A DNA stretch of 64,000 bases from Adineta vaga (taxonomy: Eukaryota; Animalia; Rotifera), in assembly GCA_021613535.1 (NCBI GenBank), contig CP075492.1, positions 3,410,001 to 3,474,000 of the forward strand. Direction: 5' to 3'. Both the position numbers and the translations under genes were made by a program. Under the pieces are notes generated by a model. It saw only the letters and a list, made by a program, of their open reading frames with translations. It had not been told where the DNA came from and ran no database searches. Shown one piece after another: positions 61,031-64,000 of the stretch (position 1 is the first letter of the stretch; every line of letters starts with the position of its first letter).

Positions 61031-63058
61031 ATGAATATCATGGCATCGGAAACTTTTCATCTCGTTTGGCTCAATGAAAATGGAAATGATTCGAAAGCAA
61101 ATGCCCACATTGAAGAACAACTTCGAAAATGTAATAATGATTTGAAAATATTCAATAATGAGAACGATTGTGAACTCTATATTCAATCTGTATCTGACAA
61201 GCATCGAATTATTTGGATTATCAATGATCATCTTGGTCAAATAATGATACCACGTTTACATTCGTTAAAACAAATCTCATCGATTTATATTTATAATTCC
61301 AACGAAGAAGAAGAATGGACTAAAGATTATGCAAAGGTATAGAATCTTTGTAGATGAAAAATTGATTGTAATCTTATTGTGTTGTTGTAGGTTAAGAGTA
61401 TAAGTAATGATTTCAATGTTTTAATTGAAGAAATTAAAATGGAACATAATCGTCGTCGATCAAATCAAATTGAAGAACAACTTTTATTCAATATTTTCAA
61501 TGCAAGTTCAACAAATGAACAATCCACAACTGGTCTCAATGGAGAATTTGTTCATTCACAATTACTTCTCAATTGTTTATTTCGAATCAAATCCAATTCA
61601 ACTGATAGAGATGAATTAATATCATTGTCAAAAAAACAATATCACGATAATAAAAATGAATTATCTGTTATTGATGATTTCGAAACGAATTATTCATCTG
61701 ATCGAGCTTTATGGTGGTATACACGTGAATCATTTCTCTATCGACAATTAAACAAAGCTCTTCGAACACAAAATATTGATTTATTATTTCTTTTTCGTTT
61801 TTTCATTCGTGATATTCAAGATCAATTGAAAAAACATCAATATTCATCAACCATTTCTGTCTTTCGTGGTCAATTAATTTCCAATGGTGAATTAAATTTA
61901 TTAAAAAATTCCATTGGACAATTAATTTCAATGAATTCTTTTCTTTCCACAAGTACTGATCGTCGTTTAGCTTTATCATTTCTTTATTCTTCAACCGGAT
62001 CTGATAAGATGCAAAAAATTCTATTTGAAATCGATGCTGATCCTCAACTTGAAGGAATCAAACCATTTGCTAATATTACTTCACTCAGTTATTTTCCCGA
62101 TGAAGAAGAAGTACTCTTTATGTTAGGTTCAATCTTTCGTCTGGTTAATATTGAACAAAATGATCGTGGAATTTGGATTCTTCGATTAACATTATGTCAG
62201 AATGATGATCCCGATCTTCAAGCTGTTTTTGATTATATGAAAGATCAATATGGAAATGGTGAAACAACAACTCTTTCATTTGGAATGATTCTAGCACAAA
62301 TGGGAAAATATGATCAAGCAGAAAAATATTATCTTCGTGTTTTAAAAGATATCCCATCGGATCATGATGATCGAAGTGCATGTTATCATAATCTAGGAAA
62401 TTTATTTGATAATAAAGGTGATTATAATTCAAGTCTAAATTGGCATAATAAAGCTTTGAAAATGATGATTGAAAAATTTCAATCGAATGATTCAAGAATA
62501 GCAACGAGTTATAATAGTATAGCTGCTGTTCATACAAAACTGGCGAATTATGATCAAGCACTTGATTATTATCTCAAAGCATTAGATATTTGGCAGCGAG
62601 TCTTAGGCGCGCAACATCCGAATGTTGGTCAATGTTTAAGTAATATAGCTGGTGTTTATCAAATGTGTGGGAAAAGTTCGGAAGCATTAGAATATTTATT
62701 AAAAACTTTGTTTATTTATGAACGACATTTGCCTGCAAATCATCCTCAAGTTGGAGATTTATATAATAATCTTGGTGCCGTTTATTTAGGTCTTGATCAA
62801 TTAGATCTTGCTTTGGAAAATTTCAATAAATCGCTTAGTATTAAAGAAAAATGTCTACCTGCGCAACATCCGGATATTGCAATGACATTCGCTAATATTG
62901 GTCTTATTTATGAAAGTAAAAATGATTGGCCACAAGCAATTTTATATATGGAAAAAGCAGTTAATATTTATCGTCATGTACTCTTTCCTAATCATCCAAC
63001 TTTAATTAAAGTTCAACAACTTCTTGCACGCGTTTTGGAAAAATCTAAAAAGACATAA
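61031..63058 (+). CDS. ADP-ribosyltransferase plus TPR protein, 2 exons
   Basis: Exon 1 61031..61336; 54-bp intron; exon 2 61391..63058 in frame; WWYTRESFLYRQLNKALR, VFRGQ, FLSTS, DEEEVLF; kinesin-light-chain-type TPRs (HPxxxxxxxNxxxxY). Confidence 0.92.
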
Positions 63059-63103
63059 TATGGAAGAAACCCATCTTGAAAGTTCATAAAAAAGATTGTT
63101 TGG

Positions 63104-63160
63104 ATCTTGAGAGGGTGTGGGTGATCTGTTCCTATGTTAACCTCACTCATCCTAACCACT
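63104..63160. repeat. Telomere-like intergenic hairpin element
   Basis: ATCTTGAGAGGGTGTGGGTGA...CCTCACTCATCCTAACCAC, 46 bp after the ART-TPR stop. Confidence 0.8.
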
Positions 63161-63212
63161 TTAATCTGTTGAATATCTTTCAAATATTTTATCCCTATAC
63201 ACATATGACAGA

Positions 63213-63444
63213 CTATCTAACATATCTAGTTGTTGATGTTAATGAAGTTTCATCAGCAGTTGCTGGTTCTATATCGATAATGCAATCAACATGAGGGTGC
63301 TTCACCAATTTAGCTATCTCTTCAGTAATGTGTCGATGACCTAATGGTGTGAAGTGAATGTCATCATTCTTCCTAAACTCTCTCCGATTCTTCATAGAGT
63401 GAACCAGATTCACGAAGGGTGTCGAGTAACATCCTAGACAAAAC
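63213..63444 (-). pseudogene. Isolated exon or fragment resembling the C-terminus of an SGNH/GDSL hydrolase
   Basis: After acceptor TTACAG: PFVNL...NDDIHFTPLGHRHITEEIAK (DxxH block V-like); no upstream exon recognised. Confidence 0.4.
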
Positions 63445-63510
63445 TCTGTAATATAATGATATCATAATTTTCATTCGACTATAATAAATTATTTATCTTT
63501 CAATTCCATT

Positions 63511-63562
63511 CTCGAGGGTGAGGATGTGAAAAACACTGTCAAGATAAGGATATAACCCTCGG
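63511..63562. repeat. Telomere-like intergenic hairpin element
   Basis: CTCGAGGGTGAGGATGTG...TATAACCCTCGG. Confidence 0.7.
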
Positions 63563-64000
63563 CATGGCTTGATTGCCAGGGGATTACCAAAAATTGAATT
63601 CCGTAACACTAGATGCCTACAATTATTCTCTTGACTATAAATTATTCCTAAATAGAAATCTTAAACGCTCTTTTATCTATGGATGTTAGTATAAATATTG
63701 CCTTGAAAGCAGGAATCGATTGTTTTTCTTGTGTATAGTTTCTTTTATTCTTCGTATTTTCGGCACTGGTGACTCAATCATCGGTATGTGCTTTGCTTGC
63801 AACGAGATGAATTGTTAGTATTTTTTAGTGTCGTTTATAACTACCGTAAACACTTCAGCATCTGGAATGTACTTTTAATGTAACATTACCAAAACAATGG
63901 AAGAAAACGTTGTTGTCACGTTCTATTATTTTCTTTATAAAAAAGGACATTTCTATGTTGTATTCATATTTTGAAATTGTCTTCGTTTTAGCAACGACAC

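Noticed and set aside
4086-63562. CRISPR-like or prokaryotic REP/terminator reading of the hairpins
   Set aside because: Eukaryotic context, kb-scale irregular spacing, no cas genes or integrase in the window; the attC comparison is only an analogy

Overview
AT-rich eukaryotic genomic DNA with short (~50-60 bp) GT-AG introns. The gene families present (ART-TPR proteins, WWE-ART, intronless LDLa/EGF-GPCRs, F-box/LRR, intronised bacterial/fungal-type enzymes) point to a bdelloid rotifer; this is an inference from gene content. The window is a gene-dense, fast-turnover accessory region with about 18 apparently intact genes and about 7 broken genes or fragments. It is enriched in putative defence effectors (4 ADP-ribosyltransferases, a WAP peptide, a secreted SH3b-like peptide, a jacalin/aerolysin-like relic, a secreted 2H phosphoesterase) and in candidate horizontally acquired enzymes. 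Two unexplained structures stand out. (1) A dispersed family of ~40-75 bp imperfect hairpins with telomere-like arms (TCTTGAGGGTGTGGGTGTG...CACACCCACACCCTCAAGA) lies in most intergenic intervals and was not seen in CDS, partitioning the region into gene-sized cassettes. (2) Two genes encode tandem concatemers of a 2-TM/Cys-rich-ectodomain module with DEG/ENaC-like topology, one with exactly three units on three exons (a possible single-chain pseudo-trimeric channel). A Helitron-like element and a foldback MITE are also present. All calls were made by eye without database searches.
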